Shown: positions 15,227 through 36,755, numbered from the stretch's first letter. The stretch is 64,000 bases of DNA from Hormiphora californensis (GCA_020137815.1 CM035357.1:6634001-6698000); one strand, 5' to 3'. Notes: a model not told the origin generated them from the sequence alone. Numbers and translations: made by a program.

Positions 15227-15290
15227 GAGAGAGAGGAGAAGAGAGAGAGAGAGAGAGAAGAGAGAGAGACGAGAGAGAAGAGAAGAGTCT
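12995..15290. repeat. Apparent tandem duplication (~12995-14060 vs ~14073-15290); first copy garbled, probable haplotype or assembly artefact
   Basis: Shared blocks in the same order, for example gctccccatacta, ctcggtaacctgtgattata, actacaagacacaatcatccta and gaaagaagcctatgaaaattgttattggttgctagcagggattcgtcg. Confidence 0.8.
14241..14775. mobile_element. MITE with TIR GTACTGTAAAACTA and TA target (Tc1/mariner-like)
   Basis: Reads ta|gtactgtaaaacta...tagttttacagtac|ta. The duplicate copy reads atcatcc-ta-attgttg (empty site) at about 13163-13177. Confidence 0.85.
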
Positions 15291-15581
15291 AGAGAGCCAC
15301 GTGAGGAGAGATATAAAGGGAGAAATGGGGGAGAGAATATTCCATACCCGGATAAGCAACCTACTGGGGGAAGAAGACCACAGCGCAGAGTGAACGGGGG
15401 AAATTACACAAAGGACAGAAGAATAACATCACAGAGAGCAAGGAGAGTGCATGCTTTACAAGAAAAGCATTCTCTCTTGCTCCATCTCTCTCTTTCTTTC
15501 TGATGCTCTCTCCCTCTCTCTCTTTGCCGTAGTTATTTCCGCAATAACCCACACGCACACAGCAGCGAGCATTTCTACGAA

Positions 15582-15628
<47 letters not shown>

Positions 15629-15871
15629 ATCTCCAAGAAGAATGTACTAGAATACACAAAGACATATGACAGACAACATGACAGAGATTGTAACAACTGT
15701 AACCGTGTGTCACGAGGTAAAATATTACAATTTTAGCTGTACATGATAACAGTTAGAGGTGTTACAATTCACGACAGGCTACTGAAGTAATAACCCAGAC
15801 TCCTGTGTTACTAATAAATAATAATTTTACTCACTCGAGGGAACATAAAAAATTAACTAAACACTACTTAA

Positions 15872-17173
15872 GGGTACACCTGGCGTTTTTCATCATCGAG
15901 TGCCCAACCAAATGACTTCACCAGGGTTTAGGCCATACAAAATGGACCTCAAATATGCAATTTTAGCCCTAAAGTTGAATTCATATTTTTGCTACAGCCT
16001 ATTTTCAAAGTGGCGTTTTTTCAATTTTTGGTGGAATTTTTAACCTCAGGACCACTTTTTTTGAGATAGAAACATTAAATTCTTGGAATTTGAAGAGAAT
16101 ATAAAGGTAAATAAGCCCAAAGAAGGATTTTTGAAATGGAGCTAATTTATGGCCATGAGAACGGTTTACTTTTTTGCTTCTTTGACACGCTGGCTGAGAA
16201 TGTTCCCATGCTTCATTAGAGATGAAAATCTGGAAATAGTTGCTCAAAACGATTATCTATGTGGCCCAAAAATTTTGGAACTTTCCCACCAAAGATGTGG
16301 TGTACAGAGCTTGTTTTGTGAAACCCATCTTTTTGAAAAAGAGGGAGATTCCCTGTATCTCAAAAACGGATGATCGTAGAGACCTGCGACCAAGCTTAAT
16401 CGATTCAGAAGGTCCGATTTTGGGGGGGTCTTCTGAGAGACATTTTGCTCCTACTCCAACCGTTTTTGCTGTACTTGCAAAAAACCAATTCTATGAAAAG
16501 GGGGAACAACTAAATTCCAGTAGCCTGCTTCGGGCTGATTTCCCCCTTACTTGCTGATAGCTTTTTCGCAATTACAGCAAAAACGGTTGGAGTAGGAGCA
16601 AAATGTCTCTCAGAAGACCCCCCCAAAATCGGACCTTCTGAATCGATTAAGCTTGGTCGCAGGTCTCTACGATCATCCGTTTTTGAGATACAGGGAATTT
16701 CCCTCTTTTTCAAAAAGATGGGTTTCACAAAACAAGCTCTGTACACCACATCTTTGACGGGAAAGTTCCAAAATTTTTGGGCCACATAGATAATCGTTTT
16801 GAGCAACTATTTCCCGATTTTCATCTCTAATGAAGCATGGGAACATTCTCAGCCAGCGTGTCAAAGAAGCAAAAAAGTAAACCGTTCTCATGGCCATAAA
16901 TTAGCTCCATTTCAAAAATCCTTCTTTGGGCTTATTTACCTTTATATTCTCTTCAAATTCCAAGAATTTAATGTTTCTATCTCAAAAAAGTGGTCCTGAG
17001 GTTAAAAATTCCATCAAAAATTGAAAAAACGCCACTTTGAAAATAGGCTGTAGCAAAAATATGAATTCGACTTTAGGGCTAAAATTGCATATTTGAGGTC
17101 CATTTTGTATGGCCTAAACCCTGGTGAAGTCATTTGGTTGGGCACTCGATGATGAAAAACGCCAGGTGTACCC
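15872..17173. mobile_element. 1.3-kb near-perfect palindromic non-autonomous DNA transposon, TTAA TSD (Kolobok-like GG...CC termini)
   Basis: Reads ttaa|gggtacacctggcg...cgccaggtgtaccc|ttaa. Arms are about 610 bp with few mismatches and the spacer is about 75 bp. This explains the mirror-image ORFs in the ORF track. Confidence 0.92.
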
Positions 17174-17357
17174 TTAATGCTATTCAAAAACGAAAATAGT
17201 TACTTAAGTTACTTAAGTGCAGGAGTTTTTAAGATCTAAATTTATGAGAATACATTATACAGTCTGTTATTATACACAGGTTCATGTCCAAAGGAGAGAC
17301 AGCAAAGATATTATTAGTGATTGGCTATCGCTTGTAAGAGAGGATAAGGAAATAGTG

Positions 17358-17488
<131 letters not shown>

Positions 17489-18184
17489 ACAGTGTGCCCC
17501 TTCATTTCAAAGCTTGTTACCTGCAATGTGCAAGCAAGGGAAGGGAAAGAACACTGGAGAGATGGGTGAAGTAAATCATGAATGAAGGGAACTGAAGTAT
17601 GAAAGAAACAAATCTAAACGGAACGAAATATTTCCGGAAACACCTCCTATCCGGCCCTAATATATATATAGATAGGACTACTGTTATGGAAGGGTGATGG
17701 AAGGGTGAGGATAGCAGAAATGGGCTGAATATTGAGGGAGATTAGAGGTGTGCTGTACAGTATCCTCTCTCTCTCTCTCTCTCTTTCTCTCGATCGTAAA
17801 GAGATTTCCTCAATAAACAGGATTTTATCAAATATAGACCTTTCTTCAGTTTCATCCCTCCTCTGCAGATATAAGGGGATGTCTCTCAGTAGTATCCTGG
17901 TGATTCTGAAGGTTCAGCAGATATCGCATCCTCTCCTCTCTCCCACAGTGTCTCCTCACCATCTATCAGTCCCTCCTCCTCCCTCTGTCTCTCCTCCTCT
18001 CTCCTCACCGCAGGGAGGATATGCATGGTACGAGGGGGATGTTATGTTGAATACGGCACAAATAACGGACGTGTGGCAAAGGGAGAATTGAGGTGTGCTA
18101 TTGAGTGTGTGTTTATGTGTAAACAAGCGCGTGTACGTGTGTGGGGTGAGAGACAGATAGAGAGAAGGATAGAGATAGATAGAT

Positions 18185-18229
<45 letters not shown>

Positions 18230-18997
18230 TAGAGAGAGATAGAGATAGAACGCTGGGAGACAGAGGTCAGAGAGTGAGCCAAAAAGGAGAGATGAAAGAC
18301 AGAGAAAATAATTTTATGTTCGAACAATTCTAAAAGTAATCATAGTCATTTTAAAAAACAGGTGCTTCCGCCTCGCTTCTGATTAGTGGTAGGACTAGGG
18401 CGCCTCTACTCACTATGTACAACCTACAGTGCAATTTATTTAGTGCCAGCCTCCCTAGTCTCTGCAATCCTACTAAGTACTAAGGTAAGTAATAGGACTG
18501 GAACATGGAAAAAACAAAGACATATGAAAGAGCTGCTCCTACCATTATAATAGAGGTGCAGCACTAGGAGTACAATGGGGGCACGGGGTACTGCAAACTA
18601 ACAATAGACCACGTTTTAATCAATATATTACACAGGTGCACACAGTATTAGGTATCAGTGAGGGGCGGGGGGAATTACAGCATGCAGGAGGGAGGGAGAC
18701 TTAACGAATAACATACAATAATCACAGACACTAATGACTAACGAATCACACCAAAATAACAAAACATCAATAATCACGGGTATTAGAAGTTGAAAATCAC
18801 AGAAATACACTGCTTACCAGTATGAAACTACTCTCTCACTTGCTCACGAGTTGTTATAGCAGCATTGAGCTAGAGAGGGGAAGAATTGAGGTCGTTAGTA
18901 AACACGCAGAGAGACAGAGAAATAATACATCTTGAGTGCCCGGGTTTTAAAAACAAAAACAACAATAAAATATTAAATCAAGATGACAGATCATGTT

Positions 18998-20971
18998 TCA
19001 ATCTAATCGATCCTCCTCTTCAATATCAAATTCCTCCTCCTCCTCACTCTCCCCAGCTCCCTCTCCAGTCTCGTCGACCACCTCAATCCCATCCTCATTG
19101 TTCCGAGCCAGAGAGTTCAACATATCACGTACAAAGTCTCCAAAAGGCCCTGGAATAGCTCTAACATTGTCCCTCCACCCCGCACCTCCAGCTCCCTCTG
19201 GAACTGCTTCTTCATTTCCATCCCCAGCAGGTTGTAAAAACCGTCCTAATTGGAGTCCCCGGGGTGGTGCCCCTCTCTCCTCCTCCTCTACAGCCCCATC
19301 TGGGTTATATCCAGGTAGGAGAGAGTTGATAAATGCTGTTATAGGGTCCAATTGAGCACGACTTCTCTCAACCTCAGATTTGTAATCAGCATAGCTGTCC
19401 GGGGGTGGCATGGGGTCGTGTGGATCTTGGGTAGTTTCAAAGGCATCCGTGGGAAGGAGAGCAGAGACAGGGGGGATATCAGAAATAAAGATATGTCTCA
19501 TGACATTGAGAGGGGGTCTCATGAATACACTCTTTCTAACCTCCATAGATCTGATATACTCAGGATAGTTTAGATAACCCTCGTTTACCTTGTTCACTGT
19601 ACTTTTGAACCACGCTACCACAGCAGAATCTCTCCACAGATCACTACCTCTCTCCACATAAAGTTTACACTGTTGCGTCAGAGATTTGGTATGGGACTTG
19701 TGAACCGTTTCGTTACTAACAAACAACCCGTTACTCGCACACGTGATGTTACACTTGTCACAAAGACCATGTGCAATAAGCGGGAAAAAGAGGATAGCGT
19801 GTTCAAGAAGTGATGTAGAGTTGTCATGTGATCCACTGTTCTCCATAACTTCCTTGTAAAACGTGGCCAGGGCGAGAGAATAGGCAAAGTTAGGCAACAT
19901 CCGAACACTATTTCCGTGCTCAAATTGTTCCACAAACCCAATCACAAAACTGTAATCCTCCGTTTTTAGAGCGAGTGTGTCAATGAAAAGAAGCATTGCT
20001 AGTGGATCTCCCTCTGGCTGCAAGTTGTAGAGTAGTTTACAGAGCTCAAAGGCAGCCTGATGACAGGATTTACGAGATGCGTAGAGGATTTGCCGAAATA
20101 ACCCAACAAACAGGCCCCTGTTTTCAGCCCTCCTATAGTCCATTTGGCAGGACACTGATGTGACATTAAAGTTAGGATGGAATGCCTTCTCAAGGCAGAA
20201 CATGGCCCGGTTCAGAAGATCAGCAGCAGTCTGGGAATCATCACTAATTCTGCATACCTCACTAAGATGAAGGAGGGTGTCAATGTGGTATGGGTGTAGT
20301 TGTAAAACTCTCTGTACAGCGTGTGGGTCTGCTAACCGGGACGCTCTCCAAAACATCTGCTGCAATCCCTGATAGTTAGCTTTACTGTGGACGTACTTGA
20401 AGTAGGTTATACCACCACTTTCTTTTTCCACTACCATTTGGATGCCACATTTTTTCATGGGAGGCCAGTTGCTTTTAGGATTGGAGAATATGTAGCTCTT
20501 CCTCCGGAACTGTTGGTGAACGGTTCCTCGATCTTCAGTCACATCACTGCCAAACAACCGACGTAGTTCATTGTCTGAGTTGAGGAATTTTCGACGAACG
20601 AGTAGGATGGATTTATGTGCTTCTGAGAGATTCTGCTGAAGCGACTTGTTTCCTTGGTTACTCTTAATTTCAAGCTCAGCCAATATTTCGTCGATATCCT
20701 CATTTTGAGACGTTTCTGCTGCCTTTTTCTTTGGTTTCTTTTTCTTCTTCTTCCTTTTGGCAGCAGGGGCGGCTACCTGGACGACTTCAGGTTCGGCAAC
20801 ATCATTTTCTCCACTGTCACTCCCTCCTTCTTGGAGGAGATCGAAGACATTCAGCGACTTTTGAGGTGCTACAACATCATCATCTTTCTCTTGATCGTTA
20901 CTAACAAGGGTTTTAGCTATTCTATCAAGGTCAGAGTCACCACGAAGCTTACGTAAGGCCCTTGAAGACAT
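18998..20971 (-). CDS. TCF25: Transcription factor 25 / Rqc1 homolog (ribosome quality control), intronless, 657 aa
   Basis: N-terminal MSSRALRKLRG, then FLNSDNELRRLFGS, PKSNWPP, LQLHPYHIDTLLHLSEVC, LEKAFHPNF, ENRGLFVGLF, GDPLAMLLFID and LPNFAYSLALA, with an acidic tail. Confidence 0.95.
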   Translation of the reverse strand: MSSRALRKLRGDSDLDRIAKTLVSNDQEKDDDVVAPQKSLNVFDLLQEGGSDSGENDVAEPEVVQVAAPAAKRKKKKKKPKKKAAETSQNEDIDEILAELEIKSNQGNKSLQQNLSEAHKSILLVRRKFLNSDNELRRLFGSDVTEDRGTVHQQFRRKSYIFSNPKSNWPPMKKCGIQMVVEKESGGITYFKYVHSKANYQGLQQMFWRASRLADPHAVQRVLQLHPYHIDTLLHLSEVCRISDDSQTAADLLNRAMFCLEKAFHPNFNVTSVSCQMDYRRAENRGLFVGLFRQILYASRKSCHQAAFELCKLLYNLQPEGDPLAMLLFIDTLALKTEDYSFVIGFVEQFEHGNSVRMLPNFAYSLALATFYKEVMENSGSHDNSTSLLEHAILFFPLIAHGLCDKCNITCASNGLFVSNETVHKSHTKSLTQQCKLYVERGSDLWRDSAVVAWFKSTVNKVNEGYLNYPEYIRSMEVRKSVFMRPPLNVMRHIFISDIPPVSALLPTDAFETTQDPHDPMPPPDSYADYKSEVERSRAQLDPITAFINSLLPGYNPDGAVEEEERGAPPRGLQLGRFLQPAGDGNEEAVPEGAGGAGWRDNVRAIPGPFGDFVRDMLNSLARNNEDGIEVVDETGEGAGESEEEEEFDIEEEDRLD

Positions 20972-21049
20972 TTACATTTCAAAAAACAAGGAAATTTTGG
21001 TTTTTTCGACTTTGAATTTTAAAATTTAAATTTTGATTTTGATACGCGC

Positions 21050-21121
21050 GTGAGATGCATCGCGATTGCAATTTGAAAAATGCCGCGGCATTTTTCAAAT
21101 TGCAATCGCGATGCATCTCAC
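21050..21121. repeat. Perfect spacerless 72-bp palindrome
   Basis: gtgagatgcatcgcgattgcaatttgaaaaatgccg|cggcatttttcaaattgcaatcgcgatgcatctcac; the two 36-bp arms are exact reverse complements. Confidence 0.97.
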
Positions 21122-22059
21122 AAATTAAACGTAACGCGCGAAATTCTTCCAATTTATCAAGTTTTTAAAATCCCCAACTGTTTTTTGAAAACACAAAGTC
21201 GACTTTTTTTTCTGTTGGACCCCGCCGTGATTGGAATGCGCTGCAGCCCCCTCATGCGCGCACCCCCGCAACGAGGGGACTGGAGGGAATGCCGCGCGCG
21301 CGTTTGGCCTGATCCCGGCTGGGTCGAAGATAACTTTGCGGTCGAAAAAACGGCGGTGCTTATAACTTTGGCTCCTGAAGTCCGTTTGACTTGATTCTTT
21401 CACCAGTTGTTAGATCTGACGATTATCTACCTTGCTGTTTTTGAGAGAAGTTAATTGGACTTAAGGAGGCTGAGCAATAGCCGTTGAAAGATGGGTTGTT
21501 TTCAAAAAGTGACGTCACAGATTCTTGCAGGGACACCTTTTTTTAAATTTCATTCAAATTTTGATTTTACCGCACTCGATTTTGCGGAGTTTGGTTCATA
21601 TCTCCTGTTCCTGATAAGATAGAGACCTGAAACCGGTTGCATTTGAAAGCTGTTATCTTCCTCTTTCCAACGCTACCAAAACGATTTCTGTACCTTATCT
21701 GGAACCGGAGATATGATTGATTATGTATTCCCCCCTAGCGCGGTATTCCCTCCAGGCCCCTTATATTATATTATAAGGGGCCTGCAACGTATGCCAACCG
21801 CCGTGAGCCCTCCCTGGCCAAGGACGGCTCACGGCAGGAAGATGGCTCAAGAAGGGTTCACCGTGAATTGGGCCACCGTGAATTGGGTTTAGGGGCTGTA
21901 ACTTTGAAGCCCAGACTCTGGGCCCCAGAGTCGCGGATGCGAACTGCGGTCCAGGAAGCAAAAATTCATTCACCCATCCTATCCTTTCCCAGCAAATTAT
22001 GCAATTTCTCGGTTGTTTCTCACAAAGTTTTAATATTGTCGTGCGTGGCCCTCAGTAGT

Positions 22060-22170
22060 CAGTAGGTACCCCGAGGCCCGAGGCCCCTGAGTCATCAGCC
22101 ACGCATTATTTATTTTAACTTCCGAGATCGAACGAGATCGGGTGCCCGCAAGAAGGGGCGTGTATGTTGA
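22060..22170 (-). pseudogene. 5S rRNA-derived fragment (pseudogene or SINE3-type head)
   Basis: Minus strand 22145-22115 reads GCACCCGATCTCGTTCGATCTCGGAAGTTAA, the conserved 5S helix III/A-box region. The flanks diverge, and a TCGGGCCT..GTAC remnant follows after an insert. Confidence 0.7.
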
Positions 22171-22261
22171 TTGTGATTCAATGTATACAAATTAGATTGA
22201 ATAAATAAATAAATTATTTATTTTGCATTTGTGGTCAATTATCAATAACACTCTTTAGATA

Positions 22262-31551
<9,290 letters not shown>

Positions 31552-31740
31552 TATGGAACTACTGTTTTAAATATAACTTATTACTTTTTTATCAACTCTT
31601 TTAGAAACATATTGTTTTCCTAAACCTGAGCTAACCATTATCCAACTCTATAAAACTCCTTGAATAATACACAGTGTCAGGTGACTAAAAAACTCCCTCC
31701 CAATATAATACTAATTACTACTAAATACTGCAATATAGCC

Positions 31741-33934
31741 ATGGGTAGATTACGAAGTGTAAAGAAGTCAGATTTACCTATGAAGAAAAAGGAACCTGAA
31801 AAGAAACAACTAACTGCCTACCGTGCTACTCGATTGGTATGTGTTAAGTATTATCATTTGGTATAGATCATGTAGTAATTGTATCGTGTTTTGTGTTCTA
31901 TCTAACTGTTAAATTAACAACACTAACAATACTCCTGATACAGTGGAACCAGGTAGTTAACGGGTTCAAGAGGTTCATGCCCCTGAAGACACATCGTGTC
32001 AACATGATACATGTGTATGAGGAGGCGTTCAAGAGAGACGACGCCCAGAAGTGGCTGGTCGAGTTTATCAGGTAAACTGAGAGATGCTAGAGTTTATCAG
32101 GTAAACTGAGAGAGTTCATCAGGTATTATACCCAGATAAGAGAGAGGGTGTCCAGGAGCAGGGAACTGGGCGGGTGTCTAGAAGAGGATGGGGTAGTACT
32201 TTACTAAGGTGTTGTCCCCCTAGAATAGGAACTATTTAGTGTTTTTCGTTCAACCTAATTCAACTTTATTTTCAGGGATAGTGAATTGTTGAAACCGATC
32301 TCAATAGAAAATGCTGGGTTGCTCCTTGATAAGTTTACTGGTATGGGCATTATTGAACAGGTGCGTGTAAACACTAAACTGTAACATTAGAACCCATAAC
32401 ATACTCCGTTTTTATATTGATTGAATCCCCCCAGTGTGCTCCAAGACTTGCACACCATATTATCTCCAATATATTCTATCCTAGGTTTGTTCCAGTAAAA
32501 GTTGGTTAAGGACACCCACAGTAATTTATAAGTTCAGCTCAGTTGATCAGAGTAGAGTTGAGAAACTTCGTTCCCTCAGATACTACAGGTTAGTGTGTTT
32601 CAACTTTCTACTGGGCTAATTGAGGCTACTCGAGACTATTAAAAGTTCAATTTGGGTCTTGAAAATCGTCAATAAAATTAAATTTTGCCGATCTGCTTCG
32701 ATTAACTTTCCACTTTCAGCCGGACCCCCACCAAGGGAACGTCAGTGACAGTGCCTCCTTCAGCCCCCTCCCATCCCCTAAAATCTATACATCCTTCACA
32801 GCAATGTAATCAACAGGTACTTGAAATACAGATCTTGAAAATTATAGAACAGAACAATTAAATAGAAAAGAACAATTATTAAATAGAGAAACATTATTTT
32901 TACTTTGACGTCCTATCCATAAATCTATGGGATGCAGCACGGGGACCAGAAAGGCAGCTTTATATTATTTGGTTGTTTCAGGTAAAACCTGCACCCTTAG
33001 CGGCCCGGAATAATCTGCTAGAATACGAGGCGTCACCTGCACCTGCAGCAAAGGGGAAAGAGAACAAAGAGAATAAAGAGGGCCAGCTCTGTACGCCCTG
33101 CAAAAAGAGTAAGTCTGGGTTTCTCCACATTGTTTCCAAGTTGCAGCTCATTATATTCGGTTGCATAATTTCAAAATTTTTGTTTCAGTTTTTGGTTACA
33201 GTAATGTTCTCTTTCATTCCCTTCAGAACCACAGTTAGTAACTTGCTACACTGTATAGCTGGATGGTCTTGCTAACAATCTATACACTTTGTGATCTTGG
33301 CAATAATCGAATTGTGCCTTGCTAATCTGCGATTGTAAAATAATATGCAACGCTCAAATGATTTCTTGAACTCCAGTCTCTGATCTTGGAATTGTCTGTC
33401 TACCAATACTATCCGCATGAGTGCTAACTAATAATAATAACTATAATCACATACCCCTTTACCCCTATATCCTAACACAACATCTCTCCCAGGACGAAGT
33501 AGTTTCCTGCCCCAGAACCCCATGTTTTCCTCAACACCGAACAAGGGTATGGAGCCCTCACCCTACACCCGAGCACTGGAGACCATCAGAAAGTCACGTG
33601 ACAGGGCGAGGAGACTGAAAGAGAGCAAGAGTACTGGGGTGAAGAGATTAGGGAACAGGGGGCCGCATACTAAAGGTAAGACGTTAGACAACCAGGTATG
33701 ACCAACTTTGATCCGTTACCGTCTTTTGAGTAATATATCTGTATTCATTGCCAGTCCCCCTCTGAGTGTCCCATTATCAAGACCAAATTACTTATATCAA
33801 ATTCAAATATGTCCCCACCAGATCTGTACTCTAAAAAGAGAAGGAACTCTGTGATTGAAGACATTCTAGAGGAGTTCGATGAGTTGATATCAGCTATTGA
33901 CAGAGGGAATATTAAACGGACTTCCTCTCAGTGA
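31741..33934 (+). CDS. DEP-domain protein of the DEPDC1/DEPDC4/DEPDC7 family lacking the RhoGAP region
   Basis: Spliced N-terminus ...AYRATRL|WNQVVNGFKRFMPLKTHR...EAFKRDDAQKWLVEFIR|...NAGLLLDKFTGMGIIEQ|...IYKF aligns by eye to DEPDC1 YRATKLWNEV..FRAGMPLRKHR. Later exons are low-complexity, with a stop at about 33934. Confidence 0.7.
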
Positions 33935-34377
33935 TTATAGTGTTTAAACCCTAGAAAATATAATTTGTAGGATAAAATATCCGTCTTATATTAGGTCTGT
34001 TGTTAGTTTGTCCGGGTGCCTGATAATTCTTTTTTAACTCTTTTTACCTTATCAAATCGGCCAGCATTTTATTTTATTTTCACCAGTCGTTTTCAGAATT
34101 TTGCATGACCTCTCAATCAGTGACGCCTCGATTTAATAGCGTTGTTGATTATTCGATAAGTAGTCGAATTTTGTAAATTGTGAGCTTTCTAAGTTCTATC
34201 TATTACACAATACAATGATATTTCTAATTATCTACCAAACTCGTTGTTTGATTGAAAATGTTTATGAAACCCCAGCCCCATATTCATCCTGTTCCCAGTT
34301 TCAAACAACCCAACATTTGCTATAACATCCTCAACTACATAGTAGTTATAGGAGCGGAAGTAGTTGTCCCTTTTTAA

Positions 34378-34757
34378 TCCCTCCAATTCTCTAATTGTAG
34401 CAGTTGTAACCCCAACACTCCCTCCAATTTTAGTAGTTGTAACCCCAACACTCACTCCAATTTTAGTAGTTGTAACCCCAACACTCACTCCAATTTTAGT
34501 AGTTGTAACCCCAACACTCCCTCCAATTTTAGTAGTTGTACCCCAACACTCCCTCCAATTTTAGTAGTTGTACCCCAACACTCCCTCCAATTTTAGTAGT
34601 TGTACCCCAACACTCCCTCCAATTTTAGTAGTTGTAACCCCAACACTCACTCCAATTTTAGTAGTTGTAACCCCAACACTCCCTCCAATTTTAGTAGTTG
34701 TAACCCCAACACTCCCTCCAATTTTAGTAGTTGTAACACTCCCTCCAATTATAGTAG
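34378..34757. repeat. 33-bp minisatellite (ccctccaattttagtagttgtaaccccaacact) x~11.5 abutting the SRPRB start
   Basis: Tandem copies visible; the last copy ends about 10 nt before ATG 34767. Confidence 0.95.
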
Positions 34758-34766
34758 TCAAGTAGT

Positions 34767-36191
34767 ATGAGTGAAGCAGCAGCTGAGAGGATAACCAGCA
34801 CTCTTGACGTTGCTAACATGTTACCTGTTATTATCGCTATTGTAATAGTCATCCTCTCATTTCTACTGATCAAACAACTGGGAAGGACCAAGGGGAATAA
34901 TGTCATTCTTTATGGGATAGAGGGTGCAGGTAAGAGATCATAGCGCTGGCAAGGAGAGCTAGCTGAATCCCCCAGTATTTTGTGAGCGTGTTAATCACGT
35001 GATCTGTGGTGAGAGAGCACTGTAAAGAAGGTGCTTGTTGTCGCTAAAGTTGCCCATTAGCAGCCGTGGGAGGGCCCCAAAAAGGGAAGATGAGGAAGGA
35101 GGAGGAGGGGGGAGAGAGAGGGAGAGGAGGAGAAAAAAAGGGGGGAGGAGAGGGGGGGAGAAGGGAGAGGGAAAAGAGGGGGGGGGGGAAAAAAGGAAGG
35201 GGGAAAAAAAAAGGGAGGGGGGGGGAAAAAGGGAAAAAAAAAGGGGGAAAAAACCCCAAAAAAAGGGGGCCCCCCCCGGGGGTTTTTTTTTTTTTGGGGG
35301 GCCCCCCCCCTTTTTTAAAAAAACCCCCCCCCCTTTTTTTTTCCCCCCCCCATCTTTTAAAGGTAAAACCCCCCGTTTCCCAAAATTTTTTGTGGGAGGC
35401 CAGGATCAGATATCTCTGAAAGAGAACACAGCCCAACTAGGGGGAACCCCGCCTGTAACTGTGGTTGATATACCTGGAAATGTGAGGCTGAGGAGCGAGA
35501 TTCAACAAGTGAGTACTGTACTGGGAGTAACTCTTTCCTTCCTTGTTGTAGTTAGTTGAACGAGTTCGAACAATTTAGTACATAGTTTTGTTATAACCGG
35601 AATATGATTTATTCTCCCTATGTAGTACCCATTCCTAACCTCCCCCCCCCCCAGATACTCCAAGAGTGCCCGAGGGGTGGTACTGGTGGTGGACAGTGGA
35701 GAATTTGTCGAGAACAAGAGAGAGACTTGTGAGGCTCTATTTGAAGTGCTAGTTAACAGTGATATCCAGAAGGCCCGGTGCCCCGTTCTGGTGCTGTGCA
35801 ATAAGCAGGATTATGAGATGGCACGAGGCGCTGGAGCCATCCTGGCTACCCTCGAGAGTGAGGTGAGAAGATTTGTGCATTAATAAGTAGCCGATTGATG
35901 GAGTAGTTTAGATCGTTTGATCTGTGCTAGTTCTAAAGGGGTGAAAATTGGGAAGAGAAAAATATGTCTGATAAATTTATCTGATAAATTTCTCCCCTAT
36001 TTCAGTTGACAGTTCTGAACGATACTGCTGCCTCCCTGACTGATGACTCTGGATCACAGAAGACCCTTTTCCCTCGTGGCACTGAAATCAAGTTTGAGAA
36101 AGTTTCCAATGCTGTGACAGCAGTTGGAGCTACCTCTATTGGAGAAGAGGTTGATATTGCATCCCTCAAGCAATGGATTATGGAGCTGTAA
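34767..36191 (+). CDS. SRPRB: Signal recognition particle receptor beta subunit
   Basis: N-terminal TM, VILYGIEGAG|KT P-loop split by an intron, VVDIPGNVRLR, ARGVVLVVDS, PVLVLCNKQD and C-terminal LKQWI. The start of exon 2 lies in garbled sequence at about 35360. Confidence 0.9.
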
Positions 36192-36755
36192 TAAAATGGG
36201 CGGGATTAACATTATGTGTGTGTAATAATATTTCATTTTATTAATTGTGAAAAGGGACGTTTTTTGTGTTTCTACCCGCCAAGTTACGAAATTCACTGTG
36301 TTGTCACACGTCAACAGTGGCACGCGCGGTGTCATCCTTACAATGATTGACACTGGTCAGGCGCGCGGGATGACGGGGACCGATTGGCACGCGCAAATCT
36401 AAATCCGCGCATTTATTCAGAAAAAGTGCGCGCGTATGTAAGTTTCTAGGAAATTCTAGTCGGAAAATTTCGCTCTGCTTGTTTTTGTTTCAAAATTCAA
36501 AATTTTGAGCTTCGTCTGATGTTTTACTGCTAAACTATGGTTAGTTTTGCTGCAAAAAAGCTGAATTTAAGCCTTTGAAACATTTCCGGTGTAAATTTTT
36601 CGGCTGCAATCGTTGTATATCTCGGTGTGTCAATTCATCTCAACAGCCTTCAAGGCTCCCGCTAAGCTTTGAGTCATGTTGATTTCTTCCTTTAGGAAAA
36701 ACAGAGATATGTCATGAATGGATAGTTAGACGTTTGAACGAGGCATGTATGGACG

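Noticed and set aside
16005-16999. Mirror-image ORFs on both strands
   Set aside because: These are by-products of the palindromic element and show no transposase motifs.
22040-22105. Hammerhead ribozyme suggested by CTGATGA inside a stem on the minus strand
   Set aside because: There is no GAAA after stem II and no stem III/NUH cleavage site.
35035-35436. G/K/P/F-rich ORFs (also 40430-41448 and 50231-52378)
   Set aside because: They derive from homopolymer-inflated low-quality sequence.
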